Below, in pieces: positions 37,850-51,024 of a stretch of DNA of 64,000 bases. Positions within the stretch are counted from its first letter, which is position 1, and every line of letters begins with the position of its first letter. The notes below the pieces were generated by a model that made no database searches, was not told the DNA's origin, and worked only from the letters and a program-made list of their open reading frames with translations. The position numbers were made by a program, and so were the translations under genes. This DNA comes from Eledone cirrhosa. Lineage: Eukaryota. The stretch lies in contig OZ024741.1 in the NCBI GenBank assembly GCA_964016885.1, forward strand, positions 369,582,001 through 369,646,000, read 5' to 3'.

Positions 37850-38340
37850 CTAGCTGAAGTATACAGCTTCGCACAGGTAAGAAGATGATAAAAGAAAACA
37901 GGTTGAAAATAAAACGACTGTATTGGATGTGTTGTCTAGTTTACAATATGAGGCGAGAACGTGTATATCACAAAAAACAACAACAAAAAACAGTAAAAAA
38001 TATTCCAGATACACCAGATTCTTCGTTTTACTGTTCGTGCATAGTATATGAAGATGTCTAGGCGTTTCTCCCATGAACAATCTATATATAACTGCCCGTG
38101 GGTAAAAAGCAATTTTCTTCTATTCAATTCTACAATTTTGAAACTGAGCCTGAGCTTTATTTATGGTCATAGAAAAACTGGCTCTAACAGGGAACTGAAG
38201 TCTTAAAAATTTGAATTGCAGCTCGGTAGAGGAAGGGATAAAAGGAATCTGGGGAATAAATGCATTTTCTCTATGATGATTGCCTCCAAGAATAGTGACC
38301 TCTAGGAGATGGTTCATCATCTGCCTGACTGTAAAGCGTG
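37850..38340 (-). mobile_element. Helitron 3' fragment (PIF1-type helicase C-terminus, hairpin, CTAG)
   Basis: RLQFPVRASFSMTINKAQ and FTHGQLY motifs; minus-strand end gaagctgtatacttcagCTAG. Confidence 0.85.
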
Positions 38341-38419
38341 TCATTGCATAGACGTGGTTGGTTCACGTTTTTGAAAAGGATGGTGGGAGTTTCAATCTTT
38401 GATATTATATATTTTCACG

Positions 38420-38945
38420 GTGTGAAATCAAGTTTTCAGCTGTCCACCACGTCGTTTGTGCTATTCTTCAAGTGGTTGTGGACTAAATACTTCGCGGATG
38501 AATTCACGCCGAAGTGCGTGGTCAAACAATCTTAGTCGACATCTACGAAGAACGTTCTCGATCGGTTTGATGTTGCAACACGAGCAGACCTCTGAATTCG
38601 ACAGGAAGTGATACCAACGGACATAAAGGATGTGGCGAAGATAGAAGTTATCAAATACTTCAAGCTTGTGCAGATCGGTTACGGGCCATGACTGACTCAT
38701 AGCTATAGAGGAGGATTGAGCAGATATGAGCTTGGTTGGTTCAGATTTTTGTCTTCAATCTGATCTCCTGTCCGGACCACAACTGGCTTTGGGGGCTTCC
38801 CATCTACTTTTATAATATCCCAAAGGGCACTGTGATCGACGGAGTCAAAAGCTGCGACAAAGTCGACGAAGCACACAATCATACGGTGTTGGTAACACCA
38901 CCCTTGCTCAAGTGTTCTCCCTACCGTGAAAATTTGGGTGCACAG
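38420..38945 (-). mobile_element. RTE-clade LINE RT fragments, internally deleted
   Basis: CFVDFVAAFDSVDH and KLEVFDNFYLRHIL...SNSEV...RLRLFDHALR. Confidence 0.75.
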
Positions 38946-39222
38946 CGATAGTTGTCGGGGTGGGTCTCAGTTAGGATGAAGAAAAAGATGTGCTGTGGAT
39001 GGTTGTCAACCTAAGTTTCATTCGTATCTGCTTCACCAACCACATATTGAACATTTGGGCTGTTTTATCAGGAATATATTCAGACACGAAGCGTCTATAT
39101 TTTCAGTTTGCGAGAGACAAAACTATGTATTTATGAGGAGATCGGGTTCATTTCTAGACCATTTTCGTTCGTTGTAAATGTGTTTATTAGTAATTTTTTT
39201 TCAGTTTTTATACTCTCTCTTA

Positions 39223-39363
39223 TGGCGGAGAATTGGCAGAGTTGTTAGAACGTCAGATAGAATGCTTTATGGTATTCGTTCCAGCTATCTGCTCTATCAG
39301 GTCAATTTTGCCTTTCATTTTCGAGGTCGATAAAAAAGTACCAGTCTAGTACTGGGCTCGATT
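39223..39363 (+). mobile_element. tRNA-derived SINE, decayed
   Basis: ttgcctttcatt..ggtcgataaaaaagtaccagt as in the 15653 family. Confidence 0.75.
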
Positions 39364-39849
39364 CTTCCTCTATATCCCTTTCTCATTTCCTCTCTCTCAC
39401 TTTCTATCTTTCTCTGGAAGAAATCTGCTTTACTCAGGACTGAAGAGGGATGGGCTCCGCCAGGCTTAAAATGCCATAGAAACGCCGTATATCAATATGA
39501 CTCTATCAGGAGTTACGCGACCATATATACATACTCTCTCTTGTGTGTGAGCTTTTGGTTATTTGGTTACTTAAGGATACACACACACATATGTATATAT
39601 ATACTTACACACACACACATATATATATATGTATATATATGTAGGAGGTGAGTAATATTGTAGAACAATAAAACTATGCATATATCAGATAAGTAGCACT
39701 CGACAGTTGGTAGAACTTTATATGTATATATATATATATATATATACACATACTCATATGTATATACTAAAAATGTCTCTTATATGTTATCCTGATTAAT
39801 ATCTCAGTACTTAACGTCTGTCAAATATTATTCAACCTTTCTGTCTTTC

Positions 39850-40520
<671 letters not shown>

Positions 40521-40789
40521 GTCAGCAACAGCTGTTGATATGGTTTCGTGACACTTCATATAGACAAACCCCGAGAGAGGGCGGGCGGAGGTTTGACTAA
40601 GTAAATAACTATAACGGGGATGTATATCCTGGGTGGCTTGGGTGTTATCAATATTATAAGGGATGGAGCACACGGCATGATAGAATGGAATGGAATGGAT
40701 CTCCGTCGGTTTAGACCACGAGCTTTCTAGTAATACGATCAACGGGACAGCTTGCTCGCGATAGAAGCTAAATCCTAATTCTCTTCTAA

Positions 40790-40935
40790 ACTAGACCACC
40801 CGTGACCCAGACCACCCATGACCCGTTGGGTCACGTTCACTTCAAAATATAAAAAAAAACCATGTTCACTTAAAAATAATTTTTAAATAATTAAAATATA
40901 CACATACATGTATATAATGTGAAATGAAACAGGAA
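40790..40935 (-). mobile_element. Non-autonomous Helitron 3' end
   Basis: Reverse complement of 58570-58703 (tgacccaacgggtca hairpin...CTAG). Confidence 0.7.
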
Positions 40936-40949
40936 TATATATATATACA

Positions 40950-41290
40950 TATTTGTTTTGCAAGGTTTTTGATATGAAATCGTGTGTCGAAACAAATATT
41001 GTTATACTTGGGGAGGGTCATATTGTTATAATAATATTGCCAGAAATAATAACAGAACGCGCTCACTGTTTGGTTGGTTTCCGCTTCTGTATCTTTTATA
41101 TCGCCACAGTTAATTTATTTGGCAATCAGTGTTTATCATTGATTGACCAACGGTTAAAAATACAGATATAAATATATATATATATAGTCTATCAAAGTTC
41201 TTTCGTTGCACATCTACAACATCATCAGTGGTACTATTATCATGTTCCCTCCCATTGTATTGTAATGTTTACGCCATTTTTATTTAATTT
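40950..41290 (-). mobile_element. PLE 3'-terminal (pLTR) fragment with decayed HHR at ~41190-41235
   Basis: Reverse-complement similarity to 36715-36985; minus strand CUGAUGA-uguuguagaugugcaac-GAAAgaac. Confidence 0.8.
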
Positions 41291-41295
41291 AATTT

Positions 41296-41327
<32 letters not shown>

Positions 41328-41328
<1 letters not shown>

Positions 41329-41905
41329 AAGTAATCCCCACTATATTGCTGTTCACTTTTCGCGGTCCTGTTACATCGCGGATTTTTCCTTTGAACGGAT
41401 TTTCTTATCGCGGTACGTACGTCTGAATAAAGTTTTTAAAATTTAAACTTATCAAATAAGTTTCGATGTGGTTGAAGTGCGTACGGAAGGGACATCTCAA
41501 CGCTTTAACTATGACAAATATATTTAGTTTTCATTCCATTACTATTTTACTGATTGTGTTTTTCTCTAATCTACTACAAAGCTTTCATTGATTGACGGGA
41601 GATGTGCAGTGTATTACGTAGCGGCTAACGTGGCTGGCAATGGTCGTCACTGGTAACTACTGGTAACTACTGGTACGATCGTTGGTGGTCGTTTCTATAT
41701 GATAGTTACTGGCTGTTTTTGGTGTTTAAATACGAAAGTGTGTTTTACTGAATTTATATATACTTAAAGCATGTAGGAGAGGTATTTTAAGGTTTAAACT
41801 ATGACAACAACGGTTGTCTTTATGGTCTCTCTATATCGCGGATTTTCAATTATCGCGGTTGGATCTGGAATGTATCCCCCGCGATAAACAAGGGGGATTG
41901 CTGTA
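41328..41905. mobile_element. pogo/Tigger-type MITE
   Basis: AAGTAATCCCC...GGGGATTGCTG-TA ends; TCGCGG subterminal motifs. Confidence 0.8.
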
Positions 41906-41942
41906 TACATACATACATACATACATACATACACACATACAT

Positions 41943-42093
<151 letters not shown>

Positions 42094-42382
42094 CAAATAT
42101 AATTTCAGAGAGATCGTATTTCGGCGGGGGCCAAAAACAAAACGAAACGCAATCCTCGAGATATGCGGCAAGCGCTCAATGGACTAAAATAAGACCAGAG
42201 CAATTAACATATATTATAAAGGCCAGATAAAATGAAAACAGTGGTCGTGAAGCCATCAGCCACCGGAGCCAAAAAAACGAAGCAAGCTGGATTGAAACTC
42301 GAGGATTCAAACATATAATGTTTACATAGAATGAACTAGGTATTGTTTACTATAAACTCCGTCATTTTCGACGAACACTTTG

Positions 42383-42448
<66 letters not shown>

Positions 42449-42528
42449 GATAAGCAGAACAAGTAAAATTCAATCAGTTTTTCAAAATACATTAAAAAAT
42501 ATAATATAAATATTTACCTCTTCTAGTG

Positions 42529-42610
42529 GCCCTTACTGATCAGTTTCGCTTTGTAAAACCTCATAAATCCGATGGATTTATGATGGAAAACCAAAGCTCA
42601 TCAGAGAAGC
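42529..42610 (-). ncRNA. Type I hammerhead ribozyme, copy 1
   Basis: gcuucu-CUGAUGA-gcuuug..[ucauaaaucc/ggauuuauga]..caaagc-GAAA-cugaucag-UA-agggc. Confidence 0.85.
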
Positions 42611-43013
42611 ATTTTCCCTTCCTAGGGCTAAACGTCCCAGGAACGACAAAATATACAACCTCCTGCCAGCTAATAAAGGTCTGAAAGGTCGTAAAATTGA
42701 CCCGTATGTAAACTGGACCGAAGTAAAAGCGGGAAAATCAAAGACTTGCTGTCTACAATTACTACTAAAAAAATAGCAGCCAAGTAGAGCAACAGGGTTG
42801 TTCTCAACGGACGGAGAAAAAGGTAGAAGTTAATATGTCCAGGGATACTAGGTACCCCTAGAAATACATAGGTTGTCTATGATTCAAGGTTGTTCAATGG
42901 TGTTAATTTGATACACCAGAACTTTAATATTAAGATAAGCAGAACAAGTAAAATTCAATCAGTTTTTCAAAATACATTAAAAAATATAATATAAATATTT
43001 ACCTCTTCTAGTG

Positions 43014-43095
43014 GCCCTTACTGATCAGTTTCGCTTTGTAAAACCTCATAAATCCGATGGATTTATGATGGAAAACCAAAGCTCATCAGAGAAGC
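43014..43095 (-). ncRNA. Type I hammerhead ribozyme, copy 2
   Basis: Same sequence as copy 1. Confidence 0.85.
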
Positions 43096-43281
43096 ATTTT
43101 CCCTTCCATATATATGTATATATATATATATAACGAAGGAAATGTGGTAAGGAACCAGGTGGACCATAACGCACCAAAGTACTCAATACTTAGGGTAGTA
43201 GAGTGGTTGACTGATGAAAAAGGACTGTTCATTTTCTCGGTGTTTCTCATTGTCTTGTCCTGTGCGCCCACCTTTGATATA

Positions 43282-43375
<94 letters not shown>

Positions 43376-44385
43376 TATATCAAAGTTGGGCGCACAGGAC
43401 AAGACAATGAGAAACAGCGAGAAAATGAACAGTCCTTTTTCATCAGTCAACCTCTGGAAATCACTATAGTTTCTGTAATTTAAGGTTGTTCAATTCATTC
43501 CAGTGCACATTGCGATGCAATAAAACAAGGACACACAGGACAAATATGTATGTTTGTGTGTTTCTGTGCGCGCGTGTGTATGTGTGTGTGTGTGTGCATA
43601 TGTGTGTCTGTGTGCGTGTATGTGCATATGTGTGTGTGTGTGTTTGTGTGTATGTGTGTGCATATGTGTGTTTGTGGGTGTGTGTGTGTGCATATATGTG
43701 TTTGTGTGTGTGACAGTATAAATATGATGTACATATACGTATGTATAAATTCTTCAATATATTCTAAACATAATATATATATATATATATTTCGCTTCTT
43801 ATTACAAATATTCACAATTTATTTATATTCATTAACTACTGTTGTTTTTGTTATTATTTAACATCCCTGAGTGAGGAGATATAATAAGATCAAAGTTGTT
43901 CCAGCCAAGAACATTTCGTCTTTGTAGGGGCATCAAGGAATACATTATCTTTTATCCAATCTACCCTTCCTAGGAAATGGCTGCTATTTCTGGTAGGTTG
44001 AGCGATCACATTCACACTTCCTTGTTTGTTCACAGAGACACATTTCCCTTCCCTTCTTAACACCACACTAACACTAACGCAAACGATCACGTATACATAT
44101 GCACAGTCACACAGATAGTTCTTAAACACACTTATACACACAAAGGGAAACCCATAATACACATATATTCACATAAATAAATGCTTAACACTTTATAAAA
44201 TCACATACACATACACACACGCAGATCAAACCTTAACACACACAAACATGAAAGCACATAGATACATACAGAGAAAGCTTGAACACATACATACACACAG
44301 ATAAATCTTAAACATAAACACAGATAAATTTTAAACACACCGATAAACCCTAAACATGCACACACATGCATATAGACACACTCAC

Positions 44386-44445
44386 ACGTTGTTCTTTGGC
44401 GATTGCATTGACCTTCGTCTCAACAGCTATCGTTGTGTCCGCCAT
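44386..44445 (-). CDS. Candidate first coding exon of an unidentified host gene (MADTTIAVETKVNAIAKEQR)
   Basis: caaaATGGCG start context; 20 open codons of unique sequence ending exactly at GTGAGT (44385-44380). Confidence 0.5.
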
Positions 44446-44530
44446 TTTGTAAAACTAGTTCCTGCCAACAGCTGTTAGATTTCACTGCCTTTAAATAGAA
44501 AACATCACGTGACATAACGTGGCATTGCGA
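44439..44530 (-). promoter_or_regulatory. Candidate promoter motifs
   Basis: YY1-type CCGCCATTTT at 44439-44448 overlapping the ATG; E-box TCACGTGAC at 44505-44513. Confidence 0.45.
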
Positions 44531-44623
44531 CTTTGGCAGTGAATTCAAGCTTTGTATAGACAAAAATACAAAAATATAACCTTCGTTTTTAAGTGAATAT
44601 ATGCGTGTACACACACACACACA

Positions 44624-44738
<115 letters not shown>

Positions 44739-44842
44739 TAGCAAACGGGAAAACGGTCATAAATAACAAACCAATACAAACATCCAATCTCCTATTCAGC
44801 CACATCTTGGACATACAATTTCGTACGTTAGAATGGGATTGT

Positions 44843-45018
44843 CGGTGGATTGGCAGTATCGGTAGAAGGTTGGACACCATGCTTTGCAGCATAGAGTTAC
44901 GGCTCTTTACGATCTGGTTAACTTTGCCTTTCATCCTTACGGGGTCGATAAAATAAAGCACCACTAATGCACTGGGATAATAGCTGGCCTTGTGCCAAAA
45001 GTAGAAACATTTATTATA
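44843..45018 (+). mobile_element. tRNA-derived SINE, decayed
   Basis: actttgcctttcatcctt..ggggtcgataaaataa...ggccttgtgcc. Confidence 0.75.
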
Positions 45019-46659
45019 GCCAGGTCACACAGAATTTCTTAAAGTATGAGAGATGTATAAGAAAAGACAACAATAGAGTAAACAAGCAGATAATATACAG
45101 TACAGGTGAATAAAAACGTGTATTACTTCCCGAACAACAAACATAAATGCTCGTGCAACTTGTGAAAAGACAAAACTATATGTGCAGTAAACAACGCCGG
45201 AAAGGCAGGAAATAGAAGGATTTTCTTTCTAAAAGGAAGCAGAGAGAGAGGAGGAGAAAGAGAGAGAGAAAGAGCGAGAGAGACGAGAGAGAGGCGAGAA
45301 AGGGGAGAGAGAGAGAGAAGGGGAGAGGCCAGAGAGAGAGAGAGGGGGAGATAGCTAGATAGATAGATAGTGTAATACTAGCGCTTTATAAGAGAGGCCA
45401 GTATTGGAACGGTTCCTCCATTATAGAGTAGTGGCCATAATTGGACACCGAAACCTAACGTCACGCATACATGTTAAATGTATGAAATTTTAACATATAT
45501 ATATATATATGTATGTATATATGTATATATATTTATATATGTATAAATTTACAAACATTGTTATTCAAAATACCACACTCCAGAAGAATGAGACCAATAT
45601 TTATTGCATAACACTGACACGTGTTTCTTTATATGTGTTATATAATCTGTTTAGGATCGCTAATATTTGACTCTTTCAATATAATTAAATCGAATCGAAC
45701 TACTCAAAAAATTCTATGTAGACACAACAAATTTTCCAAATGTGTATCTTTGAGTAGTTGGATTCTGGAACCTTATAGTAATACTTCCACATGATTTACC
45801 AAACGAAATAATTCAACCGGTGAGTAAAACACTACTGTAAGTGGCTTCAATTGCTTGTTACACAATTACTCTAAAATGACTGAATACACTAACGGAAACT
45901 GATAATCTGCCTCCTATTGGCCTTATTTGAAATGTTATTTTTGTTATTCTATTCCCCCCCCCCCCCCTTCTCTTTTTTAATTTTAAGTTGAGTCTTTAGT
46001 TTTTTTTCTTTTTTTTTCTTTACTTTTTTTACTTGTCTCACTACCCATTTTGGATTACCAACTGTAAGTAGTACTCGATACTTCCCCGAGTCTGTCATGG
46101 CTAACTAGCTCTATACGGATGTTTAAATTGAGTAAATAAATAAATATATATATATATATGTATTTATACATTCAATTTAAACGTCTGTATAATTCTTATT
46201 GGGAACCACCAATAATATATATACAAGCGTGAACCCAATGATAACACTCTACTGCACTCTTCGTTATTGCATTTGTCTTTTCGCGTGCTATTTCCAACTT
46301 CATCTTTTCTCTATATATATATTATTGGTGGTTCCAATAAGAATTCTTCTCCATATGAAACCATGGTAGGGAGATTTATATATAAGCGAGTTTAGATAGA
46401 ACATTTTTGTTTATCATTTTTGTTTGTACTACCATAAATAGTTTTTTCTCACTTAATTTTAATATATAATATTGGTTCTCTGAGAGATTTGCCTCATTGA
46501 GATGTTAAGTTTTAGAGACTAATTAATCTTTTATTAATATTAAACTGCTCTTTAATTTATCGACTTATACCAAACGGTCTTTTGACTTATATTTCTAGCG
46601 GCTTTATATGCCTGTCACATTGTCCTAATATGTTAGAATGTGTGTGTGAGGGGAGGGAA

Positions 46660-46835
46660 TGAGGTTGTATGGCTTAGTGGTTAGAGCGTTGGCCAATCAT
46701 GAGGTTGTGAGTTCTATTCTTAGACCGGGTGATGCGTTGTGGCCTTGAACAAGACACTTTATTCTCAAGTTGTTCCGGTTTACTTAGGTGTAGAAATGAA
46801 TTGCGACATCACTGGTGCTAAGCTGTTTCGGCCAT
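46660..46835 (+). mobile_element. tRNA-derived SINE, third family
   Basis: tggcttagtggttagagc A-box, gagttctattc B-box, ccttgaacaagacactt core. Confidence 0.75.
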
Positions 46836-46854
46836 TGTCTTACCACAATTATAA

Positions 46855-46965
46855 GCTTTCTGATGAAGTGTGATAAATGATTAAGTATTGCATGTGATTG
46901 AACAATATATATTGTAATTAGCATATATAGACAATTATAATAGACACAGAAACATATGTTAAAGC
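46855..46965 (+). ncRNA. Type I hammerhead ribozyme with ~80-nt helix II region
   Basis: gcuuu-CUGAUGA-agugu...acaca-GAAA-cauaug-UU-aaagc; 5-bp helix I; palindromic ACAUAUGU. Confidence 0.78.
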
Positions 46966-47089
46966 AAACAGATTCTTAATATCCTTCGTTTATATTTTTC
47001 TTGGTGCAATACTTGCTTATATATATATATACATACATATAGGAAGGTACATGCAAACAAACAAGCACACACACACACACGCACACACA

Positions 47090-47134
<45 letters not shown>

Positions 47135-48259
47135 TACTTATTTCTTAAAAAATTATTTTGTTTAAAAGTTTAAAACATTTTTTTAATATTTTCAAGTATT
47201 TAAAAATAATTTTAAACATTTTAAATAGTTTAAGTATTTTTTTAAAAAAAGTTTTTTTTTTAGTATCATTTGAGATTCTAAAAATTTTTTAAAAACTTTT
47301 TCCCAGAAATTTTTTCAAGAATTTTTTCAAGAATTATTTCCAGAACTTTTAATATTTTTATATTATATATTTTTTAATATTGTAATATTTTTAATATATT
47401 TAATATTTTTAAAATATTTTAAATATTTTTTAAATATTTTTCAATATAACCAATAACTAATTCTGGCTAAATATATCTTTTTAAACTTATATCTTCGTCA
47501 AAATGGTCTCATACTAAATAATAAATAAACAAATTGGGATTTTCACTATCTTCCCAATTTAAAATATTAAATTCATATTAATTTAATTAATTACACTAAA
47601 TATAAATATAAACCAGTATCCCCCATAACTTATTAAAATAATTATCTATAATAGAATATACCCATATATTCACTCATATATCCATTCCTCTATTCATATA
47701 TCTATTCTTCTATCTATATTTTTTTCTGTCTATTTTCTACTTATATTTGTTCATTTTCAATTTATTTTTCAATATATATTCTTATATGTTCAATATATAT
47801 TATTATATTTTATATATATTTACCTTTTCTTTATATATATATTTTTTCTTTTTACCTATAAAACTTAATATTATATTGTATTATATTAGAATTCTAACAA
47901 CAAAATAATTACCAAATATACGTAACTTTAATATAAACTTATGACTTATTTACGTTATATGAGTTCATCCTCTATTAAATTTCTCTCTTCTCTCTATTTT
48001 TCTATATATCTCATAACAGTAATTTTTTTTTCTTCTCATCCTCCCCTAGCGTAATTTAAATAAACGGTTGGTTTTTTTTTCAAATTTTCATACATTCATT
48101 TGCATATCCACACAACTTTGTATTACCCCTAATAAGTTTCCACTATCCAGCGAATCTTCGGACCGTTAAGGTGTGATCTCCATGGGTATGTCATTATTTA
48201 TAAAACAAATTTTGTATTTTATCTGATGGTCGCCCTTGAAATATATATAATAAAATAAA

Positions 48260-48480
48260 TATGACAATATATAAACAACTATCTGGTTGTGGAACCAACC
48301 AACCAACCGGAAATTTATAAATTCCTAAATTTATAAATTTATTATAATAAAGTGAAGTGAAAGGCAACTGGTGCGTGTGTTTCTTATTGGCAACGTGACC
48401 CTCCCAAAGTATAACAATATCGGTTTCAACACACGTTTTCAGATAAAGAATCTTGCTAAACAAATTCAGAAACAAAATAA
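48260..48480 (+). mobile_element. PLE terminal fragment, 58812-62212 family
   Basis: Matches 55265-55480. Confidence 0.85.
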
Positions 48481-48608
48481 ATATGGTTTTATAAATATAG
48501 TTTCCATTTATTATTATCTTGGAATATTTACTCCAGTAACTTGTTGAGTAGTCTATATCAGTTATAAACATTTATGTTAGTCGGAATTCTAACAAATTAA
48601 ATACAACT

Positions 48609-48660
<52 letters not shown>

Positions 48661-48702
48661 AGTTGGATTTAATTTGTTGGAATTCCGACAAACATAAATG
48701 TT

Positions 48703-48751
<49 letters not shown>

Positions 48752-49334
48752 TATATTGGTAAACGGAATAGAAAATGCTGACAAATTGTTCACAGTTGAA
48801 AAATGGTTTAATTAGGAATAAAAGAGTATTAGTGATTGTATGGGTTAGTATTCAGTTGTGGTTTTAAGTTTTTAAGTTTTTACCGGTTGCGCATTTCTAA
48901 ATGCTTTTCAAAAATAATTTTGAGATAGAGTGTCCGTGCTGTTTGCTCTGATCTGATTAGTTTTGGGAATTCTACCTGTTTTTATGTTAAAAAAATGGCT
49001 CCAGCGTTATTTTTGTGTTGTAAAAATGCTTGTGGTCAAAACAATTTTGATTGGTCGGTAGAGGTCATGTGAATGTAAAAAGTTGATTTTGCGCCAAGAC
49101 TGTTTTTATGTTAAAATGTTAGAAAAGTGGCTCCAGCAAAAATTATGGTCAAAACAATTTTGATTGGTCGGTAGAGGTCATGTGGATAAAAAATTGGTTT
49201 TGCGCCAAGATTGAGAAATGACTCTTTCACAACAAATGTGTGTGTGTGTGTGTGTGTGTGTGTAGTAGTAGTAGTAAGGTGTTCGATGCTGCGACAATAG
49301 CCACCAGCGATGTGTGTCAAATGGCTATTAAGAT

Positions 49335-49370
<36 letters not shown>

Positions 49371-49436
49371 ACATACACACAGCAGAGTCATTCGAAGGTC
49401 AAAAGATATTTTTCAGCTTTTGTCTTATACGGAGAA

Positions 49437-49477
<41 letters not shown>

Positions 49478-49677
49478 AGTCTCTTTGTATGTTGATGTAC
49501 GCGTGTGTATGTGTTTGTGTATATATGTGTGTGTGTGTGTGTGTGCGTGTGTGGGTGGACCAGTATTTTTCCCCCCCCTGGTAAAATGGTGTACATTATT
49601 CGATTTTTTCAGTAAAATCGGTTCTCTTAATAGAACATCAACAATCTTAACAATAAAAGGTGTGAAATGATATTCAC

Positions 49678-49728
<51 letters not shown>

Positions 49729-50159
49729 TTTCACTACATATATATATATATATATATATGGTGGCTGCCAACTCGTTTTCGAGTACGGCCACCACTTTAT
49801 ATCCATGTAGGAGAACCCCTACCGATGCGCTGAACGAATGTGACTTTTTAGTCCAGCCAGCGACTTGAAAACTCTGGTACAAAGACTACACTTGTGACCA
49901 TTATTGACACATAGTGCAGGGCCCATGGTACCATGTGATGACAAGTGCAGAGAGATCTCCAGATATAAAGAAATGCCTGTGCTGTGAAGCTTTTATAGTG
50001 AGCAAAGGCACTGCACAAAGCCAGTCCCACTCTCTTAACCAAGATGATATTTACCAAAAAGAAGAACAAGTCAACATCATTGGATACCATCAGGGTTGCA
50101 GGTGTTATATCAGAGTTTTCCTTCTCCTAGAATTCTGCCTTGACAAAGGCTAAGGGGTC

Positions 50160-50867
50160 ATATGTATACATATATACATACATATATATGCACATATATT
50201 TTTTTGTATTGCACCATAGAGCATGTGTGTTTACGTGTGTCATTGTGTTTATATGTGGGTAGAGATGTGTGCTGATGTAGGTATGTATGTTGACGTGTGT
50301 ATGTTGTGGGTTCGTCTTAGGGAGAAGTGTTTAGACGGGGTCCGTATTTGTTAATGAAGTAAGATTCCTTGCTGATGCGCTGGGTGTGGGTGGCATTATC
50401 TTTAAATTTGTAGAGGGGAAAGATTCTGAAGTTGGGATGATTTTGGGCGGCGCAGGTATCAATGTGTTCACTCAGTGGTATTTTCCTGTATTCCCGTATT
50501 TTAATTTGGGATCTATGGACAGTCATGCGTTGGTGGAGGCTGTTTTTGGTCTGGCCTATGTATTGTTCTCGACAACCTGAACAAGTTAATACATATATTA
50601 AATTTTCCGATGCACATGTGAAATTGTGTTTTACTATAAAACGTTGTCCATCTTTGAAATAGAATTCCGAACCCTCTATTAGGTTGATGCAAATGCCACA
50701 GTTGGGTCTATCGCATTTTTTTACTGTGGGTTTCGTTGTTGTGGTTGGCAGTACTTTGGCATGTGTTAAGATGTTTTTCATTGACTTGGATTGTCTTTTG
50801 CTCTTTATGATATCGTGTGTTCGTAGAATTTGGTTCATTCTATGGTCCTTTTTCAATACAGGGATGT

Positions 50868-50872
<5 letters not shown>
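50160..50872 (-). mobile_element. 5'-truncated PLE; GIY-YIG domain at 50317-50872
   Basis: [31 protein letters not shown]...H, ESYFI; breaks at (TA)n. Confidence 0.9.
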
Positions 50873-50956
<84 letters not shown>

Positions 50957-50963
50957 CATATAT

Positions 50964-51019
<56 letters not shown>

Positions 51020-51024
<5 letters not shown>

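Larger units (their letters stand above)
42442..43107 (-). mobile_element. ORF-less retrozyme-like element: 181-bp direct repeats, each with an HHR, period 485 nt, flanked by (TA)n
   Basis: 42442-42622 matches 42927-43107; HHR cores at 42529-42610 and 43014-43095. Confidence 0.8.

Noticed and set aside
39436-39495. CUGAAGA...GAAAcgccgUA hammerhead
   Set aside because: Core present but helices I and II pair poorly; counted only as a relic, not called as a feature
45610-45632. Minus-strand GAAACACGTGTC hammerhead half
   Set aside because: No CUGANGA partner found nearby
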